Shown here piece after piece: positions 25,260 to 38,529 of a stretch of 64,000 bases of DNA. The notes beneath the pieces were generated by a model that worked only from the letters and a program-made list of their open reading frames with translations, did not search any database and was not told where the DNA came from. This stretch comes from Chiloscyllium plagiosum. Taxonomy: Eukaryota. The translations under genes were made by a program, and so were the position numbers. Positions within the stretch are counted from its first letter, which is position 1; every line of letters starts with the position of its first letter. The stretch covers positions 20,231,547 to 20,295,546 of the forward strand of contig NC_057718.1 of assembly GCF_004010195.1 (NCBI RefSeq). Reading direction: 5' to 3'.

Positions 25260-26170
25260 TAGGCATAGGAGACACATTTTTCAAACCTGCTCCCCCATTC
25301 AATAAGATCATGGCTTATATTGTTACGGTCTCAGGTCCACTTTCCTAACAACTCCTCATAATCCTAGACTCCACTGTCTATCAAAAAAACGAACTCGGCC
25401 TTGAATAAATCCAATGGCACGGTCTCCATTATTTTGGGGAAGAGAATGAGACACAAGCAACTCTTTGGAATAATAATTCTCTAGTTCAAGTTTTAAATGC
25501 TACATCTCATACTTTGTCCCATAACACAAGTCTCTCTCAAAGAAAGAACATTCTGTCAACATTGTCAAGTTCCCTCAGAGCCCTTGTATGTTTTAGTAAG
25601 AACTTCAATAGACAAAGGGCCAACCTGTTCAACCTTTCTTCATAAAATAATCTCTTAGCTCCAGAAGTGAGTCAAGTTAACCTTCTATGAGCTTTTTCTA
25701 GCACGTGGGGGCACAAGAAAATGAAAAGATAATGAGAAAGATCACAAAAAAATGTTTACAGCTACTGAACGAGCATATTGAAGAAAAGTTACAATGCTCC
25801 ATTGGCAGAAATATAGAACTAGCATATGGAATATAATGTGGAAAATTGTGAGATTATCAACTTTGGTAGTAAGAACAGGGCATTTCTTAAATGGTGAGAG
25901 GTCAGAAGGCATAAATATGTAAAGGGACTTGGTTGTCCTTATCGATAAGTCTCTGATGGCTAACACACACATCCAGCAAGCTATTAGCAAGGCGAATGAA
26001 ATGTTCATCTTTATCACAAGAGGATTTGAGTACAGGAGTAGTGAAGTATTGCTTCAACTGTATCGGAAATTGGTTAGACCACACCTGGACTACTGTGTGC
26101 AGGTTTGGTTTCCTTATCTTGGGAAAGATATTATTACCACAGAGGGTAGGCAACAAAGTTTCAATAGACT
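25260..26170. mobile_element. Old CR1 fragments (- ~25260-25700, + ~25800-26170)
   Basis: QQAISKANEMFIFITRGFEYRSSEVLLQLYRKLVRPHLDYCVQVW on the plus strand. CR1 3' UTR on the minus strand. Confidence 0.8.
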
Positions 26171-26576
26171 TGTTCTTAATCAAATACAAATCAAATGTCT
26201 CTGGGATGTGCTACATGTATACTGCCTCTTTTGTCCAGAAATATCATATGCTTGTAAAGTACAAGGCAAAATAATCTGTTCTCAGCTTGTCAAAAATCTA
26301 ACCATGGCCAAGTATCTTTTGGTGTTGTGAACAATGTACCCCTGGAGGTTAAACTGGAGGTTAAAATTTGACAACAAAGACCAAAAGAACAGTAATGAGG
26401 TATTCCAATTTACTGCTTAACTTATCCTTTCAGGTCTAATCAGCTCACTCTTCCTCACTATTGTCTCTTCTTGCTGAAAAATATTGTTAATTGAACCAAT
26501 TCTTCACATCCCAAGATCTGCAGCCCCATTGTGGACGCTGGTGCTAATCTGCCAAATTCAGATTGACCTATTGCAG

Positions 26577-26745
26577 GTCCATACACAATAATCAAAGAAC
26601 TGTTTGTTAAATGTGTAATATTTGCACCACAACTTGGACACAATCAGTAACTAACTTGTAATCTAATTCCGGTTCTGACCCATCTGGTTTATCAGCATTA
26701 ATCTGTTTTGGCAGCGTAATTTATTCTCCAAAACAGGAAGAAACA
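26577..26745 (+). pseudogene. Candidate decayed Ig V-set domain, N-terminal half (B7/butyrophilin-like layout)
   Basis: Acceptor CTATTGCAG| in phase 1, then GPYTIIKELFVKCVIFAPQLGHNQ*LTCNLIP, and after a frameshift SINLFWQR. Interrupted by SINE/CR1 at ~26765. Confidence 0.4.
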
Positions 26746-26764
26746 ACAAATTTTCAGACAGTTC

Positions 26765-28550
26765 CAACCCAGGTAATGTTCTGGGGACCCAAGTTCGAAT
26801 CCTGCCAAGGAAGGAGGGATCAAATATGAAGGTAGGCTAGCCAGTAATATTAGAAATGATAGTAAAAGTTTCTTTCAATACATAAGAAACAAACAACAGG
26901 CAAAAGTAGACATTGGGCCATTTCAAACTGATGCTGGAAGCCTAGTGATGGGAGATAAGGAAATAGCTGGAGAACTTAATAAGTACTTTGCATCAGTCTT
27001 CACAGTGGANNNNNNNNNNNNNNNNNNNNNNNNNNNNNNNNNNNNNNNNNNNNNNNNNNNNNNNNNNNNNNNNNNNNNNNNNNNNNNNNNNNNNNNNNNN
27101 NNNNNNNNNNNNNNNNNNNNNNNNNNNNNNNNNNNNNNNNNNNNNNNNNNNNNNNNNNNNNNNNNNNNNNNNNNNNNNNNNNNNNNNNNNNNNNNNNNNN
27201 NNNNNNNNNNNNNNNNNNNNNNNNNNNNNNNNNNNNNNNNNNNNNNNNNNNNNNNNNNNNNNNNNNNNNNNNNNNNNNNNNNNNNNNNNNNNNNNNNNNN
27301 NNNNNNNNNNNNNNNNNNNNNNNNNNNNNNNNNNNNNNNNNNNNNNNNNNNNNNNNNNNNNNNNNNNNNNNNNNNNNNNNNNNNNNNNNNNNNNNNNNNN
27401 NNNNNNNNNNNNNNNNNNNNNNNNNNNNNNNNNNNNNNNNNNNNNNNNNNNNNNNNNNNNNNNNNNNNNNNNNNNNNNNNNNNNNNNNNNNNNNNNNNNN
27501 NNNNNNNNNNNNNNNNNNNNNNNNNNNNNNNNNNNNNNNNNNNNNNNNNNNNNNNNNNNNNNNNNNNNNNNNNNNNNNNNNNNNNNNNNNNNNNNNNNNN
27601 NNNNNNNNNNNNNNNNNNNNNNNNNNNNNNNNNNNNNNNNNNNNNNNNNNNNNNNNNNNNNNNNNNNNNNNNNNNNNNNNNNNNNNNNNNNNNNNNNNNN
27701 NNNNNNNNNNNNNNNNNNNNNNNNNNNNNNNNNNNNNNNNNNNNNNNNNNNNNNNNNNNNNNNNNNNNNNNNNNNNNNNNNNNNNNNNNNNNNNNNNNNN
27801 NNNNNNNNNNNNNNNNNNNNNNNNNNNNNNNNNNNNNNNNNNNNNNNNNNNNNNNNNNNNNNNNNNNNNNNNNNNNNNNNNNNNNNNNNNNNNNNNNNNN
27901 NNNNNNNNNNNNNNNNNNNNNNNNNNNNNNNNNNNNNNNNNNNNNNNNNNNNNNNNNNNNNNNNNNNNNNNNNNNNNNNNNNNNNNNNNNNNNNNGAGGA
28001 GATTAGGACCCGTGGACACAGCCTTAGAATTAGACGGGGTAAATTCAGAATAGAAATGCAGAGACATTTCTTCAGCCAGAGATGGTGGGCCTGTGGAATT
28101 CATTGCCGCGGAGTGCAATGGAGGCCGGGACGCTAAATGTCTTCAAGGCAGAGATTAATGAATTCTTGATGTCATAAGAATTAAGGGCTACGGGGAGAAT
28201 GCGGGTAAGTGGAGTTGAAATGCCCATCAGCCATGATTGAATGGTGGAGTGGACTCGATGGGCCGAATGGCCTTACTTCCACTCCTATGTCTTATGGTCT
28301 TATAGTCTTAAGGCAGATGGTTAAATTTGAATTCAATAAAAACCTGGGATTAAGAATCTGATGAAACCATTGTTGATTGTCAGGAAAACCCCATCTGGTT
28401 CACTAAGGAAAGGAACTTCCATCCTTACCTGGCCTGGGCCACATGTGACTACAGACTCACAGCAATGTGGTTAACTCTTAGCCCTCTGTAATGGGCAATA
28501 AATGTTGGAGTAGCCAGCGATGCCCTCACTCTGTGAATGAATTTTTTAAA
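26765..28550 (+). mobile_element. tRNA-derived SINE (second family) split by a CR1 LINE (~26812-28310)
   Basis: Head ...GGGGACCCAAGTTCGAATCCTGCCAAGG resumes as GGCAGATGG...TTTGAATTCAATAAAAA at ~28312. An uninterrupted reverse copy lies at 45395-45685. The CR1 closely matches 20315-20500 and 21830-22146. Confidence 0.85.
27010..27995. other. Assembly gap (N run) inside CR1
   Basis: Run of n. Confidence 1.
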
Positions 28551-29749
28551 ATTTCAGTTTATTTTGTTATTCCCAACACAATTTCATGATGTTTTGTATA
28601 TCCCAGGCTTTTTCATTTCCAGTTCCTCAGCACTTTTGAAGTATGAAGTAATATTAATGGTGTCCTTTAGCAGAATGATCCAATTCTGACTTCTTGATGA
28701 AAATCCTATTTATTCAATTCATTGAATGAGTGTAATATTTCACACATTCATTGCCTGCTCAATGGTAAATTTCATATTTGAATTAGAAAGCACAACTTGT
28801 TTGTTTGAACTTGCGAGTGATCCTAATTTCCAAGGGGTCTCACATTTTTCTTGAAAGCTTTGTATCCACTCTGATAGTCAGTACTAGTTTGGGAGGGGTC
28901 AAGTGACTGCTGGGATCAAATCCTCATTGAAGAAGTGCATTCCAAACTAGAGTCTTGGTCCAGGCTGTTGGTTTCTTGGTAATGCACTCCCACATGAATG
29001 TCATGAACAATCAAAAGAGTTTTCCTGGTCTATTCCCACAATTGATTTATAATTATTTAAAAGTCTTTTTAACTGTTTCAGCTAATCCATGTATGACACC
29101 CCTAATTCAAATTTCCTTTTTCCTAATTCTGTTGTATAACCATTAGAAGTATTTAATCCTTACAGGATCCTGCATTTACTTCTGTCTTCAACTTACCTGC
29201 TAAATTCTTAAGCTTAGCTTTAGTTAAAGATTTTAAATAACCTATTGTTATATATTCCACTTCCATAAAACTTTTTGCAACATTCAAAGTTCATCTTCAA
29301 AAGTCATGCAATTAACTACAATACAACTGAATTATGTCTCAACATCACATCATAGTCGTTAATTCAAAGAACTCAGGCGAGCCCCCAATTATTTTGATCT
29401 AATGGCCCCAAAAGTTATGCGGGAAAATATCCTATACTGGTATCAATTGTATCAAGTCAGATTCCCAACAGGAAGCTGCTGGATAGATCATAATTTTTTA
29501 ACTTTCTTTTTACTGAAACATGATAACACAATGTTGCAGTCTTTGTTTAGTGGAGGTTTATTAACAAGTAGGTAAAAGGGAGAAAGTCAGTAGTCTTTAT
29601 AACTGATTCAAAGATTTTTAAACAGTCACAGAAAAGAGATCAGTCGACTCTATAAAATGAACTGAAGCAACAGCTGTGTCTGAAGCTGCGCATCCTGGTA
29701 CAGCTACTGTCATTGCTGCCTTTCTAAGAACATCTAACTGTCCAGTTCA

Positions 29750-30225
29750 TCAGGGTGAGAGGGGAAAGGTTTAAAAGGGACCTAAGGGGAAACTTTTTCA
29801 CGGAAAGGGTGGTGCCTGTATGGAATGAGCTGCCTGAGGAAGTGGTGGAGGCTGGTACAATTACAACATTTAAAAGGCATCTGGATGGGTACATGAATAG
29901 GAAGTGATGATTTGGAGGTGCTGGTGTTGCACCGGGGTGTACAAAGTTAAAAATCACACAACACCAGGTTATAGTTCAACAGGTTTACTCGGAAGCACTA
30001 GATTTCGGAGTGCTGCTCCCTCATCAGGTGGTTGTGGAATATAAGATCGTAACACAGAGAATTTATAGCAAAAGTTTACAATGTGATGTAATAGGAAGGA
30101 TTTAGAAGGATATGGGCCAAGTTCTGGCAAGTGGGACTAGATAAATTTAGGATATCTGGTCCGCATGGAAGAGTTAGACTGAAAGGTCCGTTTCCGTGCA
30201 AAACATTTCTATGACTCCATGTCTC
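29750..30225 (+). mobile_element. CR1 3' end with a nested family-B PLE pLTR (minus strand, ~29905-30089)
   Basis: Matches 7390-7660. The insert is flanked by AATAGGAAG at 29896-29904 and 30090-30098. Confidence 0.9.
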
Positions 30226-30297
30226 TATTTCCATGAAGTTGGAAAAATTCCAACTCATCTGCTGAAACAGTAGATACTTGTGGTAGTTTCCTTCCAG

Positions 30298-30653
30298 TGC
30301 TTTGTTTTCTCTGCTGAAACTTAAAAAAGATGAAGTGTAACTACACTTCTTGGTTATCCTGCTTCACTTGTTTTAGTCAGAAGGCAAATATCTCTGGAAT
30401 TATAATCATTTAACGTAACTACCTGTTCATACCTGGCTTCTGTGCTGAGACTATGATTGGAGTCATGGAGAATGCTGGAACCTTTTTAATAAACATGAAA
30501 TTGAAAAATATTCCACTGGTTCCTACAAAGCTGGATTCAGAGTCCAACATGCATTAAGCAGAAAAAGCCCATTTCACACACATACTCAATAACGACAAGT
30601 TCACTCAGAGTATCGAGGGATAGATTGCAAACATTTCTCCCTGTCTGGCATAG
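30298..30653 (+). pseudogene. Candidate decayed Ig V-set exon
   Basis: Acceptor TTTCCTTCCAG| in phase 1, then LCFLC*NLKKMKCNYTSWLSCFTCFSQK...TFLINMKLKNIPLVPTKLDSES. The 3' boundary is uncertain. Confidence 0.45.
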
Positions 30654-30913
30654 GTTCAATTATTTCATAACTGGCTTCCTGGGTTTTGACCACAAACTGC
30701 TGGAAACCTTTTTTTGTGCTTGTTGCAAATTCCTAACTGGCATAAAGGCAAACATTTATGATAAAAGTTAAATAGATAATTATAAGGAAAATTAATTTCT
30801 TAATTTTAATATGTACATCTATTGATTTTTTTCTTTCAAAGTTCTATCAGGTATTTTTAAGCAATAAAAGCAGTTTGGTATATTCTGCCTATTACTTGTG
30901 TAGGCTTTTACTA

Positions 30914-31092
30914 GTCAAAAAGTATGGCACTAGAAAAGCACAGCAGGTCAGGAAGCACCCGAGAAGCAGGATGTGCTTATGCCCAAAATGTCCACTCTCC
31001 TACTCCTCAGATGCTGCCTGACGTGCTGTGCTTTTCTAGTGTCACACTTTTCACCTCTGATCTCCAACATCTGCAGTCCTCACTTTCTCTCA
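30914..31092. mobile_element. Mini fold-back PLE pseudo-LTR (family A), aged
   Basis: CTAGAAAAGCACAGCAGGTCAGG...CCTGACGTGCTGTGCTTTTCTAG inverted pair. TTTTACTA on both flanks. Confidence 0.75.
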
Positions 31093-31226
31093 GATTTTTA
31101 CTATAATAGCGAGCTCTGAGCTGATGGATAGGGAGATGTTTAGAGCTTAAATAGTTGGTGGATTTTAAGTGGAATCTAGCTGAATTGAAAGCTTTCTTTT
31201 TTTGAAGAATCATTGTACACAACAAT

Positions 31227-31281
31227 AAGTGTTTTAACAGGCTTACATTAACTCTACAAAGTGTTTTAACAGGCTTACATT
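31227..31281 (+). repeat. Perfect 23-bp direct repeat with a 9-bp spacer
   Basis: AAGTGTTTTAACAGGCTTACATT at 31227-31249 and 31259-31281. Confidence 0.95.
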
Positions 31282-33253
31282 CTGAGCAGACCAAGCCTCG
31301 GGTTCTGATCTTAAAAATGTTTTTCTTTCAATAAACCAAGAAAATAATCATAGTTGGTATAAAACATGCATTTTACATCTTGCAGGTGCAATGCACAAGA
31401 CATGAAATACAAAGTGGACTAGTAAGATTCCAGTTAGAGTTTGAAAATGTTACAACCAGATCCTGGGTGACGTTCTCTAATTTGCTGTAGCTCCAGAAGA
31501 GATAACCCAAATTTTTAAGTTCCTGGGTGAGGAGGGAAGAACTGGTGCCACTTTGTTATTCACCCATGCCCCCTAGGTTTGTCACACAAGTTTAATTTAG
31601 AAAGGATCCCTTCCCTTGTGCATATACCTTTGCCCTGACCCAAATGAACTTATGTTTTAAAAGGATTCGACTTAACCAGGATTTTCATAAACACATAATT
31701 ATGAATTAATAAACATGAGAATGCAATTGTAATGCAATACATATATAGTATAGACATAAGAGGTCAACCCGAAGAGATAAAAGTTAAGTGAAAGATCAGT
31801 TTCTGAATTGTTTGTGAAGAGTCGATAAGACAATGTTCCAGCCTTTATTGGATAGCACTTAAAGCATTGATATGGGCCTTGGAGCCATTGATTTAAAAAT
31901 TCTTGGCTTTGCAGGGTGGCAGAAATTCTATTATTCTTATTTCTTTTGACAGTGATTGAATTTCAGTGTTCACAGTATGAGACAGTCTTTCCCTTTGCTT
32001 TACCTACAGTGCAGAGTTATTTAAAATGGTTGTTATCAAATCTATGGATCTTACAGCACTCTATCCATAAAGAAGGACATCTGGCCAATAACACACAGAC
32101 ACAAACACACACACGTGACAATAAGTTTGTATCTTGTATTTGCATATTCCTGGAGGGTAAATAGACATGTTCCAAGAGGTGGCTTTCTGTTGTGACGGGG
32201 AATAGTCAACCTCCTTATTGCCTCTTGTTGTTAAGTCTTTTGAAGTTTTCATGACATTTTACAGGTATGATATTCCATGGGCTTCACACAGGATTTCGAT
32301 AATCACTGAATTTAAATTCATAGGTGGTTTTCTGTAACAGTTCCAATTTTTTCTTTTACAAAAAACATATTTTGGAATTTAAAATAAAACTGTCTTTAAA
32401 TATATCACAGTCATGTTAACATGGGTTTGACAGTATCAACAGTTGTAAGGACTCAGAGCACGAATTATTAGGATAGTTCCAGTGTAAAATGCCACAGGAC
32501 TACTTTTCGGGTTAAATTTCTCACAATACCACAAAATTATTTTTTGTAGATATTTGATAACACCTGAATACTTCTAAGAGTTGCAAAGGGCATTCAATAT
32601 TAAGGGTTTTTGACTATTCTTGTTTAAACCTAATGAAGATATTTGGATGTAGGACATTCAACCTCTCAAACCTGGTCCTATATTCAGTTCTCCCATAACT
32701 GATCTATCTCACTTAACTGTCTTTGTTCCATAAACTCTTCATGGCCAAAATTATTACTGTAGCCTGGTGCCCAGAATTTAGTAATACGCCAGACGTCTGA
32801 CTAAGGCACTAGAAATTGAATCATGACTTACCATCAATGTTAGATAAATGCAGTCATTCCTTTCATTTTTTTAGATTGCTTTCTATACCGATCATTATCT
32901 TTTAGTGCCAACATGAATACCCAAACATCTTTGCTCCCCATAATTTCTGGTTTCTCACATTTAAGGAACATTGCTGTTTATCTTACTCAGAACCAAAATT
33001 GATAACATCACACCAGTCTGCTTCAAACTTGATTTGCCAAGTTTTGATCACTCAATTAATCAGTCTGTATCTGTAAGGCATTTTGATATTTTGCCTATTT
33101 TTGTTATGCGGAAGCATATTTGGGATGCCTTACACTTCTGCCTGTGAATAAAATGTAACCAGTTGTGGTTTGGACCAGGGTGTGGAGATCAACACTGAGT
33201 GCAGTAACTGAAACATCGGGATTAAAGAAATGGACATCATCATTCGGGGTCAT

Positions 33254-33427
33254 GATTTGGAGATGCTGGTGTTGGACTGGGGTGTACAAAGTTAAAAATC
33301 ACACAACACCAGGTTATAGTCCAATAGTTTTAATTGGAAGCACTAGCTTTCAGAGTGCTGCTCCTTCATCGGGTAGTTATGGAGTACACAATTGTAAGAC
33401 ACCTGGTGTTGTGTGATTTTTAAATCA
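33254..33427 (-). mobile_element. Family-B PLE pLTR with a short inverted end and TSD
   Basis: 33401-33423 is the reverse complement of 33292-33314. TSD ATCATT(C/A)GGGGTCAT at 33239-33253 and 33428-33442. Confidence 0.85.
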
Positions 33428-36326
33428 ATCATTAGGGGTCATATTGAACTTGTTAAAAATAGAGACAGAATCTCTTCTGAACAGTGATATACACACAAAA
33501 ATATAACAGGACATGTAACAGTGGCTCACCACCAAAAACTCTTACATAAAATGGCCTCTCTGGGTGTGAATGACTTACTTCCTGCTTTAGCAAGAAGGAT
33601 ATTACATCCAATGCTGACATGCCACCTAGAGACACTCTCTGCTGAAAACAGGAAATGTCATGTGACTAAGGTCAGAAAGGGGAATAAAGCCATTGCCCAC
33701 AAAGATATCACAGATGCTGCCAGGGAAACATGACAGAAAACATGTATGAAGAATTCATTTGGCAGCTAAGTGATCATCCAGGAACAAGCTCTTAAACACA
33801 GAGTCTCATTAAATAAATACTGTTGTCTATATATAGCACTGTTTAGTGGGGTAACAAAGGTTTTCAGTTTCTAAAGTTTGTTTTCGGTCAGTATCCAGAG
33901 CACAGAGAAAGGAACTTAAGAGGATAGTGACACCTCCCATTTACGAGTCATACAATTTCTTTGTATCTTTCTCCTCCCAACCACATCACTTACCACAACT
34001 CGCCAACTGGAATTTGCATCTTTTACTTCTACTGTGTTTCCTGTCCTGCAGCAAATTTCCAATGGCCTTGAATTCTATGCAGTTTTATATTTTGCTAATA
34101 ATTTCTCCTACAGCTACTTATCCAAAATCTCCTAAGTAGCTGCATGATGTAAGTGTGCAGATATTCTCCAATCCATCATATTAGCGACCTCCTCAAATTT
34201 TCAATTGGATTAGTCAGACACGACATATTCTTCACAAATCTCTAACCAGCTATATTTGTCCATGTGCTCTGAACTAACAATAGATTCTAGCAACTTCCCC
34301 ATGACAGATATTACCTGGTTTCCCTCTCGCACTCATCTTAAATGATAGCTGTAAATAGTAATGTCTACATTAATTTCTTTAAAACCCTGCATTAGAATCC
34401 ATTGGGTTCGAAGGGTTGTCTATTTTAAGTTAATTTTTCATTGCCAATTTACAAAATTTAAATTAATTCATTTATTCTCGTGATTTACTCAGAGTTTCCT
34501 TTGCTGGTGTGTTGTGGTCCAAACTGAACATGGCAGCTGAATGATTTCTGGGATGTGACTGCCTTGTCAATATTGAAAGCCAATAACTGCAGATAGTAAG
34601 ATGTTGGTGCAATGATTGAACACAGTATTTTTGCGGCAACACAACAACAAAAATAAGTTTTGCTGACAATCTGGGATGCTTAAGAAATTGGAATGAGGTT
34701 CCACAAGTATGTCATTGGGCAGCATCTCATAGGGGCTGAACATCATGGGATATGTTGAGAAATTTGGGAGAATCGCACAAGAAGTCCAATGAGATATATA
34801 TTGATATCAGGAACAAGAAGTTACATTTTCATGGTTCCAGGCACCACGATGAGATTCTCACTAGAGAATCCTACTCAGGGGTTTATTGCTTGTAACAACA
34901 ACACTGACAATGAATTTTGCCTCATTATTATGCAGCTTCCTATTCTGCAATCCGCCCCATGGAAACTAGGCATTGACAATTCCTGTTGTGAAAGTCAAAA
35001 CTAGCCCCTGAAGACATCAGCTTGTTGCTTGCTCTTCAAGGCTGCTGTCTTGGGCACCTGGCAACATTATCTCAGGGCGCACTGCAGGGCACAAGCTGTA
35101 AGTACCCCCACATCCACGATATGGCATCTAACAACTGCCAACCTCTCAGAACCCTCATGGCACCTCTCTAGTCCACCTACAGGATGCTTCTACACTTTAA
35201 AAGTACATTTCAGGGTATACCATTGACTGGTTGCTGCAAGGATAGCTTGCAAGGAGGCACAGGCACCCATAAGACCATAAAAGATAGAAGCAGAAGCAGG
35301 CCATTCAGCCCATCAAGTTGGCTGTGCCACTCAATGTGATCATTTGATAATCTTCAACGCCATTTCCCCCATACCTCTTGATTCCTTTCCAGATGAAAAA
35401 TCTGTCTATCATAGTTTTACCAAATTCATAGATTGCACCAGGCTACATCATAAGGCCACTTGCCTGTTCTCTTGGCGTTCACTCACTTAGCACTTCCTGC
35501 CTTGCCTTACCTTCTAGTGCTTCAGCCAGAACCAAAAGGCTAACAGCGGGAGCCATATTGACTTGTTGTTGAGTGCACATACAAAGCCAGCCTGCACTTC
35601 ATGCTTGTCATTAATGATTAGTTCAGAGGGCAGACATCTTACTCTGCAACACAGTGAGAGGTCAACACACTGCATGATCATCTTACCATGATAAGTCTTA
35701 AGTCTAGTTGAGGGTAATCCTCTCTCCAGTCAAGAGGGTCTGCTGTCTATCAGGGGGTTTGCTACCATGGATCAAGGGCAGACTGTGCACACAGTCAAGG
35801 AGCTAGGTCACATCAGTTATCCCATTGGGGTAGTCACAGTCAGAATTACATCTTAGTGCAGCCCAGGGAGTGAGCTACATTCACTCCAGGGCCAATACAA
35901 CCTGTCAGTGGAATCGTTCACCTTCAGTCAAGGAGCTGCAAGGACAGCATTGTGGGATCGGGTCAGTCCTGTCTTGGGGTTGTCCATCAAAGTTGGTCAT
36001 GGCACTGTAGAACAATTTGTCCTAGTGATCAGTACGTTGAGCGGGGGAAAGGGGAACTGGGGGCAAAGGTGGTCTGTGGCAATAAAGGATGAGAGCATGC
36101 AACACAGGGTTTCAGGAAAAGCATTAGCATCTGTTGAGGTGGAGAGCAATGGAGGAAAATTAAATTATAAGGGGAAACAAGCAGTACAGAATGAGAGAGT
36201 TAGGGGATGGGAGGGGTTTACTGGTAGTGACTGCCATCACAGATCTCTTCTATAGTCTACAGGCAACAGCAAAGTGTCTTGTCAGGGCTCATGGTGCAAA
36301 GAAAAACATTGGAGGCAGAGTCCTAA

Positions 36327-37485
36327 TGAATTGAATTGAATTGAATTGAATTGAATTTATTGTCACGTGTACCGAGGCAGAGTGAAAAGCTTTGTCTTGC
36401 GAGCAATACAGGCAGATCACAGGGTGAAGTAGCATAGATAAGTAAATAATAGGTAAACAGCAGCAAAAACAAAAATCACAGGTACAGGTGAATGATAAGA
36501 GTTTGTGAGTCCGTTCAGTATTCTAACAACAGTTGGTTGAAACTGTTTCGAAAACAGCTGGTGTATGTGTTCAGGCTTCTCTTCCTTTCCCCTGATGGTA
36601 GAGGTTGTAGAAAAGTATTGCCAAGGTGGGATGGATCTTTGAGAATGCTGGCGGCCTTTCCTTGACAGTGGGCCTGGTAGATGGATTCTATAGATGGGAG
36701 GTTGGCCTTTGTGATTGTCTGGGCTGAGTTCACCACTCTCTGTAACAGTCTCTGATCTTGAATGGTACAGTTGCCATACCAGGTACTGATACATCCAGAC
36801 AGAATGCTCTCGATGGCACATCTATAAAAGTTAGCAAGGGTATTCGCCGTCATGTCAAATTTCCTAAGCTGCCTGAGGAAGAAGAAACATTGTTGGGCCT
36901 TTGTAACCAGTGCGTCCACATGAAGAGTCCAAAAAAACTTGTTGTGGATGACCAATCCCAGGAGCTTGACATTCTCCACTCGTTTCACCTCTGTGCTATT
37001 AATGTGTAGGGGGGCATGAGTAACATCCCGCCAAAAGTCAATAATGAGTTCCTTGGTTTTTCCAGTATTGGGGTTCTCAGTGCACCATTTTTCCAGTTCT
37101 TCCACCCTCCTTTGTAGTCTGTTTCATCGCCATCTGAGATTCGACTGACTATGGTCGTGTCATCAGCGAACTTGTAAATGGCATTAGTCTGGAATTTGGC
37201 GACACAGTCATGGGTATACAGTGAGTACGGTAGGGGGCTTAGTACGTATCCCTGAGAGGCTCCAGTCTTGAGTGTAAGTGAGGATGAAATATTGTCCCCA
37301 ATCTTCACTGATTATGGCCTGTGGGTCAGGAAACTGAGGATCCAGTTGCAGACAAAGGGGCTTATCCCTAGATCACAAAGTTTAGTAATCAGTCTCGAGG
37401 GGATAATAGTGTTGAAGGCTGAACTGTAGTCAATGAGTAGGATTATTACATAGCTATTCTTATTGTCAAGATGTTCTAGGGAGGT
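36327..37485 (-). mobile_element. Rex1/Babar-type LINE, same family as 22345-23643
   Basis: GASQGYVLSPLPYSLYTHDC, KFADDTTIV, ANFYRCAIESILSGCISTWYGNC, and a (TTGAA)n tail at 36327-36356. Confidence 0.92.
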
Positions 37486-38529
37486 GGGCTTTCATTTTAG
37501 GAGTAACAGTGGGAATGATCCATCCAGGCCTCCAGGGTAAAAGGGTACTTGGAGATTTTGAGGTGGAATCTGGAGTACAGGCTGAGTTTACTGCTGAGGT
37601 TTCATTACTCACTTGCATGGGTGGAGTTGCAAACATACACGCAGAAGCACACCACTATTCAGGACAGATTAGTTCATTTAAGCTGTCCCTTCTACTGTGC
37701 TCAGCATCAACACCATGACTATTAGTGCAATGTGGCTTCAGTACCTGTGGGATGCACTGCAGCATTGCATCAATATTGTTCGATAACATTCCTTAAGTTA
37801 CCAAAAAGGAATGGTAACATCCCCTTTAAATCTGACACAGCATCCTGACTTGAACATACATCACCATTCCGCTATTGTGTCTGGGTCAATATTCCTTATC
37901 TGTGAGCGTTGTGAGTGCACCATCATCAAGAATCTCAGTGGTTCAACAGAAAAGCCCAATGCCACCTTCTATGGAAACTAGGGAACCTATTAGGCTGAGG
38001 TCTGACATATGATCTGCTTCCCAAGGAAGCCAAAGATCCACAAAACATCCCAGACAGACCAGGCACAATCTCTGAGGAATCTGTGAACGACACACCCCTC
38101 GTGGTTATGAAGTCATTATCACATTTCTGTGGGATCCTGCTGTGCGCAATCTGCCTACTTCATTTGCTACATTACAATGATGGCTTCATATCAGGCAGCT
38201 ACAAAAGGCTATGTAAATTTGTAAAAGATGAAGGGATGGCAGCCATATTTTGGGGTACATTCTTCCATCATTAACCTGCAATAATATCCTGCTGTTTTTC
38301 TGATCTGGAGTTGAGACAGACTCCACAGCTATTTCCTGAATTAGTTACCAATCCTGCCTTCCAGCCATTAATTGGCTTAGTCAGAAACACAAATTCACAG
38401 ACTGTATAGCTATTCCCCTCGCACTGCAGGTTTGTGACCCCTTATATGAGCTGAGGTCCTGAGGTTCTGGGAAAATCCCATTCTATTTCCTTCACATTTA
38501 GCTCCAACTTAAGCTAGCACTCCAATTCA

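Noticed and set aside
26945..28136. Long ORFs (353-382 aa) in the track
   Set aside because: Artefacts of the N gap. The flanks are CR1.
31227..31281. CRISPR-like repeat-spacer-repeat
   Set aside because: Only two repeats, a 9-bp spacer and a eukaryotic context.
31448..32339. TGTTACA...TGTAACA bounded block as a solo LTR
   Set aside because: Only a 7-bp inverted end, no matching TSD and no second copy in the window.
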